64,000 bases of DNA from Candidatus Bathyarchaeota archaeon. GTDB lineage: Archaea > Thermoproteota > Bathyarchaeia > Bathyarchaeales > Bathycorpusculaceae. The position numbers and the translations under genes were made by a program. The stretch is from NCBI GenBank assembly GCA_963827165.1, contig CAWGZR010000005.1, positions 864,001 through 928,000 on the forward strand. Reading direction: 5' to 3'. This document shows positions 63,038 through 64,000 of this stretch, piece after piece. Within the stretch, counting starts at the first letter, position 1. Each line of letters begins with the position of its first letter. The notes under the pieces are model-generated. The model made no database searches and was not told where the DNA came from. It was given only the letters and a program-made list of their open reading frames with translations.

Positions 63038-64000
63038 ATGCAAACAAAAAATCGTTTGTTAGCTTTAGTTCTTATGATAGTTTTAACAGCCCCAATGATA
63101 ATGATGATAGAACAAGCATCTGCACAAACAACATCAACTGCGAACCTGCCAACCTTTCTTTACGTCAATGCGTCGCCTAGCCCCGTCGGCGTCGGACAAA
63201 CAGTGTACATAACGCTCTTCTTTACAAAACCAGTACCAACACTTACCGGCGGTTACTCCATGGGACAAGATTTCCTAGGCCTTAAAGTCAACATAATTAA
63301 GCCAGACGGAACCAACCAGACGCTCGGGCCATACGAATCGGACACTACTGGAGGTGTGCCAGCAATTGACTTCACCCCCCAAACAGCAGGAAACTACACC
63401 TTCCAAGGAATATATCCAGGACAAAAACTAGGAACTTCGGCTGGCGTAACCTTCTACATGAATTCCGCAATGAGCCCTGCAGTGACAATAACCGTACAAG
63501 AAACTCCAGTATCATACTGGCCTAGCACTCCTCTACCAACAGCCTACTGGACAACACCCATATACGCATCAAACTATTGGTGGGCGCAAGCGGTCGGCGG
63601 AAACTGGTACGGTTTAGGAAGACCAGGATTCGACAACACAGGCGGATACGATGGTTCAAACAACAACTTCCAACCCTACAGCACAGCACCAACAACAGCA
63701 CACATAGTCTGGACGAAACTAATCACAACCGGGGGCCAACCCGGCGGCGAAACCCCTGCAAACGAAATGAGTTCATTCGCAGCGAACTCACCACTCTACC
63801 ACACCTTTGAACCTATAATTCTGAACGGAATTCTTTTCTACAGTTGGTATCCCGCACAAACCGACTATGCAGGCATCGTTGCAGTTGATCTCTTCACCGG
63901 ACAAACATTGTGGGTAAAAAATACTACCGACACATTGGTATACGGTCAAGTGTTAACATTCCACACAGTCGAAGAATTCGGCTCTCAAGCATTCTTGTGG
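63038..64000 (+). CDS. PQQ-like beta-propeller surface protein, 5' part (runs off the window; missing from the ORF track)
   Basis: AAGGAG RBS, ATG 63038, signal peptide, SPSPVGVGQTV, KPDGT, YPGQ, PLPTAYWTTPI, AHIVWTK, PIILNG and AVDLFTGQTLW; no stop up to 64000. Confidence 0.9.
   Translation, partial: MQTKNRLLALVLMIVLTAPMIMMIEQASAQTTSTANLPTFLYVNASPSPVGVGQTVYITLFFTKPVPTLTGGYSMGQDFLGLKVNIIKPDGTNQTLGPYESDTTGGVPAIDFTPQTAGNYTFQGIYPGQKLGTSAGVTFYMNSAMSPAVTITVQETPVSYWPSTPLPTAYWTTPIYASNYWWAQAVGGNWYGLGRPGFDNTGGYDGSNNNFQPYSTAPTTAHIVWTKLITTGGQPGGETPANEMSSFAANSPLYHTFEPIILNGILFYSWYPAQTDYAGIVAVDLFTGQTLWVKNTTDTLVYGQVLTFHTVEEFGSQAFLW

Noticed and set aside
989-63810. Numerous antisense or alternate-frame ORFs (for example 24368..24991, 31107..31814, 11964..12527, 63577..63810)
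   Set aside because: Shadows of well-supported genes, with no motifs of their own

Overview
Archaeal chromosomal segment, most consistent with Bathyarchaeia (inference from the co-occurrence of a eukaryote-like topoisomerase IB, aRF1, Ftr, the MA1821/MA1822-type homocysteine pathway, DGGGP synthase and multicopy PQQ-like beta-propeller surface proteins). Core content: thrC-hom-lysC, argG-argH-carA-carB, aspartate-semialdehyde sulfurtransferase cluster, ftr, aRF1, topoisomerase IB and an ECF transporter. I found no rRNA, tRNA, CRISPR array or transposase. Many genes are split by single-base indels, which are probably consensus errors. The most notable signals are: (1) an exactly 10-bp-periodic ATAGTC repeat array directly upstream of a small tandem-AbrB (MraZ-like) gene; (2) a translationally coupled operon built around a fatty-acyl-reductase/acyl-CoA-synthetase fusion, with a pyruvyltransferase-like protein, a V4R-like protein and a GMC oxidoreductase; (3) a riboswitch-like structured leader before thrC; (4) an Lrp-Lrp/PQQ-like surface-protein locus with an orphan paralogue 3' end; (5) an ECF transporter with a MASE1-like substrate component; (6) a duplicated CBS gene flanking a PadR-MFS module. 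All calls come from reading motifs by eye; no database search was run.
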